In this document: in pieces, positions 10,865-20,155 of the stretch
Layout: each line of letters begins with the position of its first letter
Position numbering within the stretch: the first letter of the stretch is position 1
Assembly (NCBI GenBank): GCA_027008775.1
Contig: JALVDV010000001.1
Coordinates: forward strand, 73,934 to 137,933
Source: Candidatus Moraniibacteriota bacterium
GTDB lineage: Bacteria > Patescibacteriota > Minisyncoccia > Moranbacterales > DUUL01
DNA length: 64,000 bases
Direction: 5' to 3'
Notes under the pieces: generated by a model
What the model was told of the DNA's origin: nothing
The model's input: only the letters and a program-made list of their open reading frames with translations
Databases searched by the model: none
Translations under genes and position numbers: made by a program

Positions 10865-12028
10865 ATGTCCCAAATTTTGCAATTCGTTCAAAATAAATTG
10901 ATATTCCTTATCTTAGTTGTTATTCTCGCCGGCCTCTTCAATGTTCATTTTTTTGGTGGTTGGCATTTCACTCCGCTCATTTGTCTCTTAGCCGCCCTGG
11001 TAATGATTTATCCGTCTCTGGTGCCACTTTCTTTTAGCGGATTAAAAGAGCTAAAAACACACCGTTCGTTACTTTTTCTTTCCGCTCTCTTGAATTTTCT
11101 GGTTGCTCCCCTGATTGCCTATTTCGTCTCCGGATTTCTTTTGGCCGACCAACCCGCCTTACGCCTGGGCTTCATCGTCTTGGCTCTTTTGCCGGGCGGG
11201 GGAATGGTAACCACCTGGGCATTAAAATCCAAAGCCGATATGCCTTTGACCGTCGGGATTATCGTCCTCAATCTTCTTTTAGCCATCGGTCTTACTCCCT
11301 TCGGTATTTCTTATGCCACCAAACTGCTAATCAAAGAACAGGCCCCCCAAATTAAACAAACGACTCCGGCAAAAAAATATCAAACCAGCAAAAAATCCTT
11401 CTCTTTGCCCGAAAAAAATTCCGCTTACCACCAATCACTGGTTAATAATGAAAAACCGGACAACGCCAACGAAGAATGCCTTATTGAAAAAACCACTGCC
11501 GGACAAGCTTCCTGCGGTCTATCCGGTTCAACCATCACTCCCTTTAAAATCGCCATTCCCATTTTATTCATTGTCGTTTTTCCTCTCGGCTTAGCCTGGC
11601 TCACCCAACGCTTGATTATCAAATTCAAAGGTCAAGAATATTTTCAAACAGTCAAAAAAGAATTCGGGCAGTTTAGCAACCTGGGACTTTTGATAGTGCT
11701 TTTTGTTTTAATGAGTTTGCAAAACAATGCCACCATTTTTGAACAAAAATATTTACTCGGTGAAACTTTTCTCACTCTCTTGCTTTTTTACGGCTTAATC
11801 TTCTCAGTGCCTTACTTTATCTACAAAAAATTCTATCCCAACGCCAAGGGGGTGGCTCTTTTCTGGGGCAGTTATTTACGTTACATCACCCTGGCGCTCG
11901 GTTTGGGCATTTCTCTGGTCTTTCAAAACGACCGCCTTTCTCCGCTTATCCTGGTCATTGTTCTTTCCTACTTCATCCAAATTCCTTCTTCCTATTATTT
12001 ATCCAAAATAATAAAGGCTGAAAACTAA
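10865..12028 (+). CDS. Polytopic permease, bile acid:sodium symporter / ACR3-like family
   Basis: 387 aa with ~10 TM helices and an ALLPGGGMVTTWALKS segment resembling BASS/ACR3 family signatures. Assignment is tentative. Confidence 0.45.
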   Translation: MSQILQFVQNKLIFLILVVILAGLFNVHFFGGWHFTPLICLLAALVMIYPSLVPLSFSGLKELKTHRSLLFLSALLNFLVAPLIAYFVSGFLLADQPALRLGFIVLALLPGGGMVTTWALKSKADMPLTVGIIVLNLLLAIGLTPFGISYATKLLIKEQAPQIKQTTPAKKYQTSKKSFSLPEKNSAYHQSLVNNEKPDNANEECLIEKTTAGQASCGLSGSTITPFKIAIPILFIVVFPLGLAWLTQRLIIKFKGQEYFQTVKKEFGQFSNLGLLIVLFVLMSLQNNATIFEQKYLLGETFLTLLLFYGLIFSVPYFIYKKFYPNAKGVALFWGSYLRYITLALGLGISLVFQNDRLSPLILVIVLSYFIQIPSSYYLSKIIKAEN

Positions 12029-12049
12029 ACAAACCCTAACGAACAATCC

Positions 12050-13420
12050 ATGGTCCACCGCAGTAAACAGCGAAAACAAAAAACGGTTGAACTTCTGGCT
12101 CCCGCCGGCAATTTGGATAAATTGAAAACCGCTTTCTTTTACGGCGCCGATGCAGTTTATTTCGGTCTGCCTGACTTTTCTCTGCGCGCTCGCTCCAACC
12201 AGTTTAAACCGGAAGACTTTCTCATCGCCCAAAAAATCTGCCGGAACCTGAATAAAAAATTCTACATTACTATGAACATTTATGCCCATAATGTTCATCT
12301 GCAAAAAGTGGAAAAACAATTGCTCTGGTTGAAAAAAAACAAGATTCATCCCCAGGGATTGATCGTTTCCGACCCCGGCATTATCCGACTTGTCAAAAAA
12401 CATTTACCGAACGTTGACCTGCATCTTTCCACTCAGGCCAATACTACCAATAAAGAAGCGGTCAGGTTTTGGTGGGAACAGGGCATCAAACGCATTATTT
12501 TAGCCCGTGAACTGACCTTGCCGGAAATAAAAGAAATACACCAAGCTGTCCCGCAAATGGAGTTGGAGGTTTTTGTCCACGGCGCTATGTGTATGTCTTA
12601 CAGCGGACGTTGCTTGCTTTCCAAGTGGATGACCAATCGTAGCGCCAACCTGGGTGATTGCGCCCAGCCCTGTCGTTGGCGTTGGCAAGAAACAAAAAAT
12701 GAAAGCGGACGACCCAATCTGGAGAATCTCCAAAAAAAAGAATTTATAGACGACCAACAACGTTTTCAAATGAAAGTGGAAGAGGACCGCCACGGCAGTT
12801 ATATTTTCAACAGCTACGACATTTGCCTGTTAGAACACCTGAAAGAATTAAGTCAAGCCGGCATTACCTCCTTCAAAATAGAAGGGCGCGCCAAAAGCGT
12901 CTACTACTTGGCCATTGTCACTCGCGCTTACCATTTGGTGCTGGAATCTCTGCAAAAACTGAAGGAAAATAAAATCAACTCATCAGAGTTTCAAAAGATT
13001 GTGGCGGAACAAATGAAAGAATTGTCCACAATATCCCACCGCGGTTACTGGACCGGTTTCCTCTTTGGCAACGAACCACCTCACCTCTTTGATCAATCCT
13101 ACTTGCCAACCGACTGGGAATTTGTCGGTATTTCCCGGAAAATATTGGACGCGCAACCTTCAGACTTTCGTCAAATAAATTCCAAAACCAGACAAAGAAC
13201 TCACCCTGTTTTTGTCCACAATAAATTGAGTTTGACCGATCAAATCCAAGCCATCTATCCCAAAAACAACGAAAAAGTGTATCTGGAGAAAATCATTGAC
13301 CCCGAGAAGGGCGTTGTTCAATCGGCTCACGGCGGTTTGGGAAAAATTTTTCCAGTCACTTTTCGGGAACCCATCCCCAAAATATTCCTTCTGCGCAAAC
13401 AAATAAAATCTCAAAAATAA
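12050..13420 (+). CDS. Peptidase U32 family protein (YegQ/RlhA-like)
   Basis: Contains ELLAPAGNLDKLKTAFFYGADAVYFG, LHLSTQANTTN, and the Cys cluster MCMSYSGRCLLS...GDCAQPCRW, all characteristic of the U32 family. Confidence 0.8.
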   Translation: MVHRSKQRKQKTVELLAPAGNLDKLKTAFFYGADAVYFGLPDFSLRARSNQFKPEDFLIAQKICRNLNKKFYITMNIYAHNVHLQKVEKQLLWLKKNKIHPQGLIVSDPGIIRLVKKHLPNVDLHLSTQANTTNKEAVRFWWEQGIKRIILARELTLPEIKEIHQAVPQMELEVFVHGAMCMSYSGRCLLSKWMTNRSANLGDCAQPCRWRWQETKNESGRPNLENLQKKEFIDDQQRFQMKVEEDRHGSYIFNSYDICLLEHLKELSQAGITSFKIEGRAKSVYYLAIVTRAYHLVLESLQKLKENKINSSEFQKIVAEQMKELSTISHRGYWTGFLFGNEPPHLFDQSYLPTDWEFVGISRKILDAQPSDFRQINSKTRQRTHPVFVHNKLSLTDQIQAIYPKNNEKVYLEKIIDPEKGVVQSAHGGLGKIFPVTFREPIPKIFLLRKQIKSQK

Positions 13421-13441
13421 ACAAATAAAAATCAGGCTCAG

Positions 13442-14167
13442 ATGACCTTGCACTCTTTCAAAAAAGAACAAATTATTCTTCAACTAAATTCTCTCTTGTT
13501 GTTTCTTTTTATTATTTTCACTCCCAGTATTATCAAAACCGGCTTTTGGGGGGTTCCGGAACCGGCCGTAGAAGGCATATTTTTGTTTCTGGAACTGATA
13601 ATTCTCAGTAAACTTTTTCAAAAATACAATCAACACAACCTTAAAAACGTCACTAAAGTTAATAAATTATCAGCCAAACTGCGTCAACAAGAAAATTTGT
13701 TGATTGACTCTTTGGAATATCTCGGCAAAATCAACATCCAAATGTCCATTGTTAAAAAAGTCATCAGTCAAGTCAAAATTCCTCGTAACGAAAATCGTCT
13801 GGATTATTTAATCCAAGAAATACTGCAATCAATCAGTCAACTGAGCAAAAGCAAAAAGGTCACTCTCAAGTTGATTGATTTGAAAAACGAACATACTCTC
13901 AAAAAAATATCCCTGGGCAAGAATCAAACTTGCAAATTGGCAAACAAAATTTCCAATAAAAAACTCTTGCGTCAGGATTTTTCCAACAAGAAAACGGAAA
14001 TCCTTACTTCTTCTTACGACAACTTTTCCATCAAAAGTTTCTTGTTTTTGGAAAAAGACAAAAACCGACAATTAAACTCCGACCAAAAAACCCTGATTAA
14101 AGGCTTAGTCAATCAATGTGAAATCCTTTTCCTTCTGTTTAACTCCAAATATTACAGACATCGCTAA
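13442..14167 (+). CDS. Hypothetical membrane-anchored protein
   Basis: 241-aa ORF with two N-terminal hydrophobic helices and a Lys/Asn-rich remainder; no domain recognised. Confidence 0.45.
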   Translation: MTLHSFKKEQIILQLNSLLLFLFIIFTPSIIKTGFWGVPEPAVEGIFLFLELIILSKLFQKYNQHNLKNVTKVNKLSAKLRQQENLLIDSLEYLGKINIQMSIVKKVISQVKIPRNENRLDYLIQEILQSISQLSKSKKVTLKLIDLKNEHTLKKISLGKNQTCKLANKISNKKLLRQDFSNKKTEILTSSYDNFSIKSFLFLEKDKNRQLNSDQKTLIKGLVNQCEILFLLFNSKYYRHR

Positions 14168-14292
14168 ATTTTAAAAACGCCAAATCCACTCCTCTGGAAT
14201 ATAATCAAAATTTGACGTATAATGAAGAAGTCTTAAAACCAAAAAAATTTCAAGTAAAAATTTTACTTAAAACGGTTACTTACTCCAAAACA

Positions 14293-15159
14293 ATGAAAAT
14301 CAAAAAAGCCATTATTCCCGTAGCCGGTTTTGGCACCAGATTCCTGCCGGCCACCAAAGCTCAACCCAAAGAAATGTTGCCGGTGGTGGACAAGCCGGTT
14401 ATCCAATACTTAGTGGAGGAAGCGGTCGCTTCCGGAATTGAGGAAATTATTTTCGTCACCGGCCGGGGCAAACGCGCCATTGAAGATCACTTTGACACTT
14501 CTTACGAACTGGAGCAAACACTGGTGGAAAAAGAGAAAAGAGATTTACTGGAAGCGGTTAAGAACATTCCCAAACTGGCCAGATTTTCTTATGTTCGCCA
14601 AGCCAAACCTCTGGGAGACGGTCACGCCATTATGTGTGCCCAGCATCTCGTCTTCCCCGGCGAAACGGTCGCCATTCTCTTCGGCGATGATTTGGTTGAC
14701 AACAAGGTTCCCGCTTTGCAACAACTGATAGATGTTTATCAAAAAGAAAAAGCGCCGGTCATCGCTCTGGCCAGGGTTCCTCACGAAGAAGTTTCCAAAT
14801 TTGGAGTTATTAAAGCCGAAAAAAGCGACGGGCGTTTACACCAAATAAGCCAATTTGTGGAAAAACCGCCCGTGGAAGAAGCGCCCTCGGACCTGATTGT
14901 TATCGGAAAATACATTATTACTCCGACGGTTTTTGAATATTTGGAAGCCTCCCGCAACGACCAAGGAGAAATCCGTCTGGCTAACGCTTTTATTAAAATG
15001 ACCAAAAACCAGGAAAAAATTTACGGCTATGAAGTTGAAGGGAAACGCTATGACTGTGGCGACAAATTCGGTTTTATTCAAGCTACCATTGAAATGGGTT
15101 TAAAGCATCCAAACACCAAAGAAAAATTGCGAAATTTTCTTAAAAATCTGGAAATTTAA
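14293..15159 (+). CDS. galU: UTP--glucose-1-phosphate uridylyltransferase
   Basis: MKIKKAIIPVAGFGTRFLPATKAQPKEMLPVVDKPVIQYLVEEA is a near-canonical GalU N-terminus. Start placed at the internal ATG 14293 rather than the track's 14212. Confidence 0.9.
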   Translation: MKIKKAIIPVAGFGTRFLPATKAQPKEMLPVVDKPVIQYLVEEAVASGIEEIIFVTGRGKRAIEDHFDTSYELEQTLVEKEKRDLLEAVKNIPKLARFSYVRQAKPLGDGHAIMCAQHLVFPGETVAILFGDDLVDNKVPALQQLIDVYQKEKAPVIALARVPHEEVSKFGVIKAEKSDGRLHQISQFVEKPPVEEAPSDLIVIGKYIITPTVFEYLEASRNDQGEIRLANAFIKMTKNQEKIYGYEVEGKRYDCGDKFGFIQATIEMGLKHPNTKEKLRNFLKNLEI

Positions 15160-15177
15160 AAAAATAATTTTAAAGCT

Positions 15178-15294
15178 ATGCTCAAAAGAACAAAAAGGAA
15201 GGTAAGAATTGTTTGGATTATCATTTCGCTTTTGGGAATAATCGGTATGTTGGCCTTCACTCTAATCCCGCTTCTGCAAAGCCTGCGTTATTAA
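15178..15294 (+). CDS. Possible small membrane protein (38 aa; below the ORF-track cutoff)
   Basis: ATG...TAA ORF MLKRTKRKVRIVWIISLLGIIGMLAFTLIPLLQSLRY: a basic N-terminus plus one TM helix, positioned between galU and the ftsB-like gene. Confidence 0.3.
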   Translation: MLKRTKRKVRIVWIIISLLGIIGMLAFTLIPLLQSLRY

Positions 15295-15319
15295 AAGAAC
15301 ACCATTACTTAAAACAACT

Positions 15320-15730
15320 ATGCCCACCCGAAAAAAGAGCAAAAATGGTTTGCTGTTTATTCTGCAGTTTGTTTTCGTGATTATCTTGCTAATCATGATA
15401 TTTGCCATGCTGAAAAAAATTTATTACAGTGTTCAAAAAGAAAAAAAGATTAAGCAAGAAATAGAAACACTACAGAGAGAAAATGAAAAATACAATCGGG
15501 AGAATGATAATCTGAACAAGTTGATAAAGTATCTCCACAGTGAAACTTTTAAAGAAAAAGCTATCAAGGAAAAATTAAATATGGTCAAACAGGGTGAACA
15601 AGTGGTGGTGATTCAAGGCGCCGATAAAACAAACCTAAATCCAACAAACACAGAAAAGGAGAAAGCTCAGGTTGAGATTGAATTTCCCAACTACTACCTT
15701 TGGTGGCAATATTTTTTCGGCAAGCGCTGA
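15320..15730 (+). CDS. Septum formation initiator (FtsB/DivIC-like)
   Basis: Single N-terminal TM followed by a coiled coil (QEIETLQRENEKYNRENDNLNKLIKYL...EKAIKEKLNMVKQGE), typical of FtsB/DivIC. Confidence 0.55.
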   Translation: MPTRKKSKNGLLFILQFVFVIILLIMIFAMLKKIYYSVQKEKKIKQEIETLQRENEKYNRENDNLNKLIKYLHSETFKEKAIKEKLNMVKQGEQVVVIQGADKTNLNPTNTEKEKAQVEIEFPNYYLWWQYFFGKR

Positions 15731-15893
15731 CGCTGATAAACAACAATTGACGCCGGGCGCGCAATCGGCAACAATCAATAAATGTAAAGAATAAATCGGG
15801 GCGCTAAAATTTAAGTTATAAATTCCGAGACAAACAAACCGCAAACCGCAAAACAAACCGCAAACAAATCCAATTAAAAATTTAAGAAAGCAA

Positions 15894-17132
15894 ATGAAAT
15901 CCTTAAAACAACAAGACCAAGAAGTTTACCAAGCCGTCAAAGGAGAAGAAAAACGACAAAAAGAGGGAATGGAACTGATTGCTTCTGAAAATTATGTTTC
16001 CCGAGCCGTTTTGGAAGCTCTCGGTTCCGTTTTCACCAATAAATATTCCGAGGGTTATCCCGGCAAAAGATACTACGGCGGTCAAGATTTTACCGATCAA
16101 GTGGAAAGCTTGGCCATTGAGCGAGCCAAGAAACTTTTTCGCGCCCAACACGTCAATGTTCAACCCCATTCCGGAGCGCCGGCCAATATGATAGTTTACA
16201 GCGCCGTTCTCCAACCGGGTGATAAAGTTTTGGGAATGGACCTCTCTCACGGCGGACACCTCACCCACGGTCACCCCGTTACTCTTTCCGCCCAAATTTA
16301 CAATTTCACGGGCTACAAAACCAATTCTCGCGGAGAAATAGATTACGACGCTTTGGAAAAAATGGCCCGGCGCGAAAAGCCAAAATTGATGCTGGCCGGA
16401 TTCTCCGCTTACAGTCGCAAAATCAACTATCGTCGCTTTACCCAAATTGCCAAAAAAGTCGGCGCCATTTCTATGATGGACATGGCTCACATTGCCGGCC
16501 TGATTGCCGGCAAAGTCTTAACCAATCCCGTCCCTTATTTTGACATTGTCACCACCACCACCCACAAAACACTACGCGGTCCCCGCGGGGGAATGATTCT
16601 TTGCAAGAAAAAATTCGCCAAAGTTATTGACCAAGCCTCATTTCCCGGTTTTCAAGGCGGTCCTCATATGAACAACATCGCCGCCAAAGCGGTGGCTTTC
16701 GGCGAGGCTCTACAACCGTCTTTTCAAAAATACGCTCGCCAAGTTCTAAAAAACGCCAAAGTTTTGGAGCAAGAACTGAAAAAATACGGTTTTAAAATCG
16801 TTTTCGGCAAAACGGAAAATCATTTGATTTTGTTAGACGTTTTTAATAGCAAGGGAATTTCCGGCAAGCAGTTGGAAGAAGCTCTGGATAAAATCAATAT
16901 TACCGTCAACAAAAACGTTATCCCTGACGATCCTCGTTCTCCTTTGGATCCCAGCGGAATTCGTTTGGGAGTACCGGCTGTCACCACCCGCGGTATGAAA
17001 GAAAAAGAAATGAAACAAATCGCCGCCTGGATTCAACAGGCAACTGAAAACATCAATTCCGACCAAGCGTTGAAAAAGATTCGGCAAGAAGTTGTCAGAT
17101 TTTGCAAAAAATTTCCTTTACACAAAGAATAA
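15894..17132 (+). CDS. glyA: Serine hydroxymethyltransferase
   Basis: Canonical SHMT motifs: ELIASENYVS, YSEGYPGKRYYGG, and THKTLRGPRGG (PLP-lysine region). Confidence 0.95.
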   Translation: MKSLKQQDQEVYQAVKGEEKRQKEGMELIASENYVSRAVLEALGSVFTNKYSEGYPGKRYYGGQDFTDQVESLAIERAKKLFRAQHVNVQPHSGAPANMIVYSAVLQPGDKVLGMDLSHGGHLTHGHPVTLSAQIYNFTGYKTNSRGEIDYDALEKMARREKPKLMLAGFSAYSRKINYRRFTQIAKKVGAISMMDMAHIAGLIAGKVLTNPVPYFDIVTTTTHKTLRGPRGGMILCKKKFAKVIDQASFPGFQGGPHMNNIAAKAVAFGEALQPSFQKYARQVLKNAKVLEQELKKYGFKIVFGKTENHLILLDVFNSKGISGKQLEEALDKINITVNKNVIPDDPRSPLDPSGIRLGVPAVTTRGMKEKEMKQIAAWIQQATENINSDQALKKIRQEVVRFCKKFPLHKE

Positions 17133-17186
17133 GCAAACATAATCAACACCGCAGAGCAAATCTTTAACCGATTAGATTCAAAAATT

Positions 17187-18041
17187 ATGCAAATCATTGA
17201 CGGACAACAACTGGCCACGGAAATAAATCAACGCACCGCCCGAGAAATATTCAACCAATCCCCGGAACAACGACCGGGCTTGGCCATTATTTTGGCCGGC
17301 CAACGACCGGATTCCGAACTATATGTCAAATTAAAAGAACAAAAAGCCAAAGAAGTTGGCATTGATACCCATCTTTACAAAATCAAAAACAAAGAAACAA
17401 CTGACGATATTTTGGAACTTATCAAATTCCTTAATCAAGATCCGGAAATAAACGGCATTCTTATCCAACTGCCTCTGCCGGACAAATACGATACCGACAA
17501 AATTATTTCCGCCATCGCCCCCCAAAAAGATGTTGATTGTTTTCATCCGACCAACGTTCAAAAACTGCGAACTTACCAACCGGAAAAAGAAATGATTTTA
17601 CCACCGGTTTATGGTGCCGTTCTTTTAATTTTGGAAAAAATTTATTTCATCCCTACGGGACAACAAGCTCTAGTCTTAGCCAATTCAGACCTTTTCGGAC
17701 AAGGTTTGAAAGATATTTTGGAAACAAAAGAAATCAAAGTCAGCGTAGCCAAACCTTCAGACAAAGATTTGAAAAATAAAATTAAACAAGCTGATTTGCT
17801 AATCACCGCTTTGGGAAAAAAGCATTTTATCAAAGGAGATATGATTAAACCCAATGCCGTCGTTATTGACATTGGCATTGTCCGGGAAGGAGGCAAAGTT
17901 TACGGCGATGTTGATTTTGCCGAAGCTAAAGAAATGAGTTCGGCTATCACTCCGGTACCGGGAGGAATTGGGCCCCTAACCATTGCCAAAGTACTGGAAA
18001 ACACCTGGCGTCTCACCAAACAGCAACGGGGGCTGAAATAA
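17187..18041 (+). CDS. folD: Bifunctional methylenetetrahydrofolate dehydrogenase/cyclohydrolase
   Basis: IIDGQQLA...AIILAGQRPDSELYVKLKEQ...GILIQLPLP...PVPGGIGPLTIA, the FolD signature. Confidence 0.95.
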   Translation: MQIIDGQQLATEINQRTAREIFNQSPEQRPGLAIILAGQRPDSELYVKLKEQKAKEVGIDTHLYKIKNKETTDDILELIKFLNQDPEINGILIQLPLPDKYDTDKIISAIAPQKDVDCFHPTNVQKLRTYQPEKEMILPPVYGAVLLILEKIYFIPTGQQALVLANSDLFGQGLKDILETKEIKVSVAKPSDKDLKNKIKQADLLITALGKKHFIKGDMIKPNAVVIDIGIVREGGKVYGDVDFAEAKEMSSAITPVPGGIGPLTIAKVLENTWRLTKQQRGLK

Positions 18042-18128
18042 GATTGCCTTTCTTGCCTAAAAATGTTAAACTTCCGAAGCGTAGCAACAAAACAACAAAA
18101 TATCAATAAGTTTTAATCAGCAAAAATT

Positions 18129-18578
18129 ATGTTCAAATTTTTCCGAAAAAAGAAAAAGCAAATGTCAGCCAACGACAGCCAAGTAACCGATAACAGCGCC
18201 GTCAAAAATAACGACAATAATTCCACCGAAAATTCCAATCAAGAATCCAACAAACAACAATCTGTTAAAAAGGAGCAGGGCAGTCAAGCGGATATGATGC
18301 AAGCTGTTATGAGTGGGGCTCTCGGCGGCGCCGATATCAACACTCTCCTGGACAATATAGACACCTCCCAACTGTCTCTCAAAGAAAAAATGGGACTAAA
18401 AATGCTGAAAAAACTCCCCCGTCATAAACAAGAAGAAATCATCCGCCAAGCCCTCAACCCGCAAGAATTATACAAACACAAAGACAAAGTTTTGCAACAA
18501 ATTGATGAAATGGTTAAAGCCGGACAAATAGACAAATCGCAAGCCGAAGCCATCAAATCACAAATGGGATTAAGATAA
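18129..18578 (+). CDS. Hypothetical protein with low-complexity N/S/Q-rich N-terminus
   Basis: 149-aa ORF followed by a strong terminator; no domain recognised. Confidence 0.5.
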   Translation: MFKFFRKKKKQMSANDSQVTDNSAVKNNDNNSTENSNQESNKQQSVKKEQGSQADMMQAVMSGALGGADINTLLDNIDTSQLSLKEKMGLKMLKKLPRHKQEEIIRQALNPQELYKHKDKVLQQIDEMVKAGQIDKSQAEAIKSQMGLR

Positions 18579-18629
18579 TTTTTTCCTTTAATCTCAAAAT
18601 TTAATCCCAAAACAAAACTGAACAACCTC

Positions 18630-18670
18630 AGGCGCCGGGAGAAAAACCTCCGGCGCCTGTTTTATTTTTA
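18630..18670 (+). terminator. Rho-independent terminator
   Basis: Perfect 9-bp GC-rich stem AGGCGCCGG/CCGGCGCCT with an 11-nt loop, followed by TTTTATTTTTAA. Confidence 0.75.
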
Positions 18671-18902
18671 ATACTTGGTTTTTAATATCTGTAGAGATCT
18701 TAGCCTCCCCAAAGGTTTTTTACTAAATTTTTTTACTAAATTTCCCGAAAACGGGGCATTAAATTCTTGAACTGGTATTTTTACCAGCTTTTCAGCTAAA
18801 AATAAGTGTTTTTAAAAGAGAATATTACGACCCCACTGTCAAAACAAAAAGGTATTTTCTGGAGAAAAAAGCAACTACTACTCCATTTAACCCCAAAAGT
18901 AG

Positions 18903-18929
18903 CCACACCCCCTTGACAAAAAACAAAAA
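18903..18929 (+). promoter_or_regulatory. Promoter-like module P1 (TTGACA-15-TAGAAT)
   Basis: CCCCTTGACAAAAAAC...GCTAGAATGACGCGTCAAGG. Shares a ~20-nt upstream and ~10-nt downstream context with P2. Confidence 0.4.
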
Positions 18930-19028
18930 AAGCTAGAATGACGCGTCAAGGTGGAGGTTGAAACTGAAGCAAAAAAGAATAAATAAATTCCATAAACCAT
19001 TTCAGACCACCAACCCCTTGACAAAAAA

Positions 19029-19058
19029 TCAATAGTATGCTATAATACCGCGTCAGGC
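19029..19058 (+). promoter_or_regulatory. Consensus sigma70 promoter P2 (TTGACA-18-TATAAT)
   Basis: CCCCTTGACAAAAAATCAATAGTATGCTATAATACCGCGTCAGG. Both hexamers are exact consensus. Lies in a ~1.5 kb ORF-poor region. Confidence 0.55.
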
Positions 19059-19322
19059 TGAGAAAAGGTGAACAGACAGTTAAACAATTTAAAACAGAGA
19101 GAGCAAGAAAAGAAGCTGAGTGGGCAAAGTAAAAAAGAGCAAAATAGCAGAACCTTAGACAACTAAATAGAAGCGATGCTGGAGAGAGACGTCGCTGGTA
19201 AACACCAACAAGCAGACTATTTTCCGTTTGTTAAACTATTAAATCAAAAGCCGAAAAAGGAATAAAGTCTTCACTTGTTTGGTCGCAAATCCTGAAATCA
19301 AAGGTAACAAATTTTACAGTTT

Positions 19323-19393
19323 TTCTCCGGCCACCAGTCAAAAGACTGTAAAATTTGTTACCTTTTTTGTTTGTCCAGCAACCGCTTGCCAAA
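19323..19393 (+). terminator. Long perfect hairpin (18-bp stem, 24-nt loop) followed by T-tract; terminator or structured RNA element
   Basis: GGTAACAAATTTTACAGT ... ACTGTAAAATTTGTTACC are exact reverse complements, followed by TTTTTTGTTTG. Lies ~270-320 nt downstream of the P2 -10 element. Confidence 0.55.
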
Positions 19394-19838
19394 AAAAATT
19401 GCGGGAGAAAATAGCGGAGGAGAGAGATAAAGTTTGGGACAGAAGTAATTTTAATAATTGGTCCCAAAACTCATCTTCGCTATTTTCTTCCGACAAGGAG
19501 GAAAATAGTTTTTTGATATTGTAAAAATATCACAAAATAAAATTGTCGTTTTGAATAACTTAGAGCCAAATTTTGGAGAGAGATGTTATTCAAGACCGAC
19601 AATTATCTTAGATGGAATAAAACTTCTCCGACAAACAACGCTTTGCCGAGAAGACATTGCCCTAACGGTAATGTTGTCAACCGAATATTTTTTAGACCCG
19701 AAGCGGAGTAAAAAATATTCCTACGACACTTCCATCACCCGTTCTCGCAAGGAGATCGGCCGAGCGTGAGGACTAACCACCCTGGCGCTCGGGAATTTCC
19801 TTGCGAAAGGAAAAAGTTGTTCTTTGAAATACCGCTAA

Positions 19839-19880
19839 CGCGGTCGCAGAAAGTCGCAGACTAAACGCAGACTAACGCGG
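19839..19880. repeat. Direct-repeat block CGCGGTCGCAGAAAGTCGCAGACTAAACGCAGACTAACGCGG (left copy)
   Basis: Shares CGGTCGCAGAAA and reiterated CGCAGAC/ACGCAGA units with a block at 21676-21737. The two blocks bracket the GC-rich ORF. Confidence 0.5.
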
Positions 19881-20155
19881 AAGAATTATGTAATAGTTCT
19901 TTGAAAAAATCCCATTTTCTTTGTCTCCATTTCATCTCCTTAATGGCCAACCTCCCCAACCCAACCTTTTTCGAGTGGTTTTTGGGACAGCAATTTCAAA
20001 AAAATTGCCACCCCAAAAACCGCTCGGAAGAGTGGGAAAAATAGGGAAAAGGGATTGTGAACATGCTCCACAATTCCTGATTCAGCAGGATGGTCCTGTT
20101 GGACAAAAAAATTACCGCGCTACCGACGGTCAAAATATCGGAGAAGGAGAAAAAA

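Noticed and set aside
18700-19900. tmRNA, RNase P RNA, SRP RNA or 6S RNA in the promoter-rich non-coding stretch
   Set aside because: None of the conserved cores were visible (GGAAAGUCCGG for RNase P, the tmRNA tag ORF plus tRNA-like 3' end, or the SRP helix-8 GGAA/AGCAG). Left as an uncharacterised ncRNA candidate.
19921-20155. N-terminal 78 aa of the 509-aa track ORF
   Set aside because: There is no RBS at 19921 and the segment has non-coding character. A strong RBS precedes the internal ATG at 20156, so the shorter 431-aa protein is preferred.
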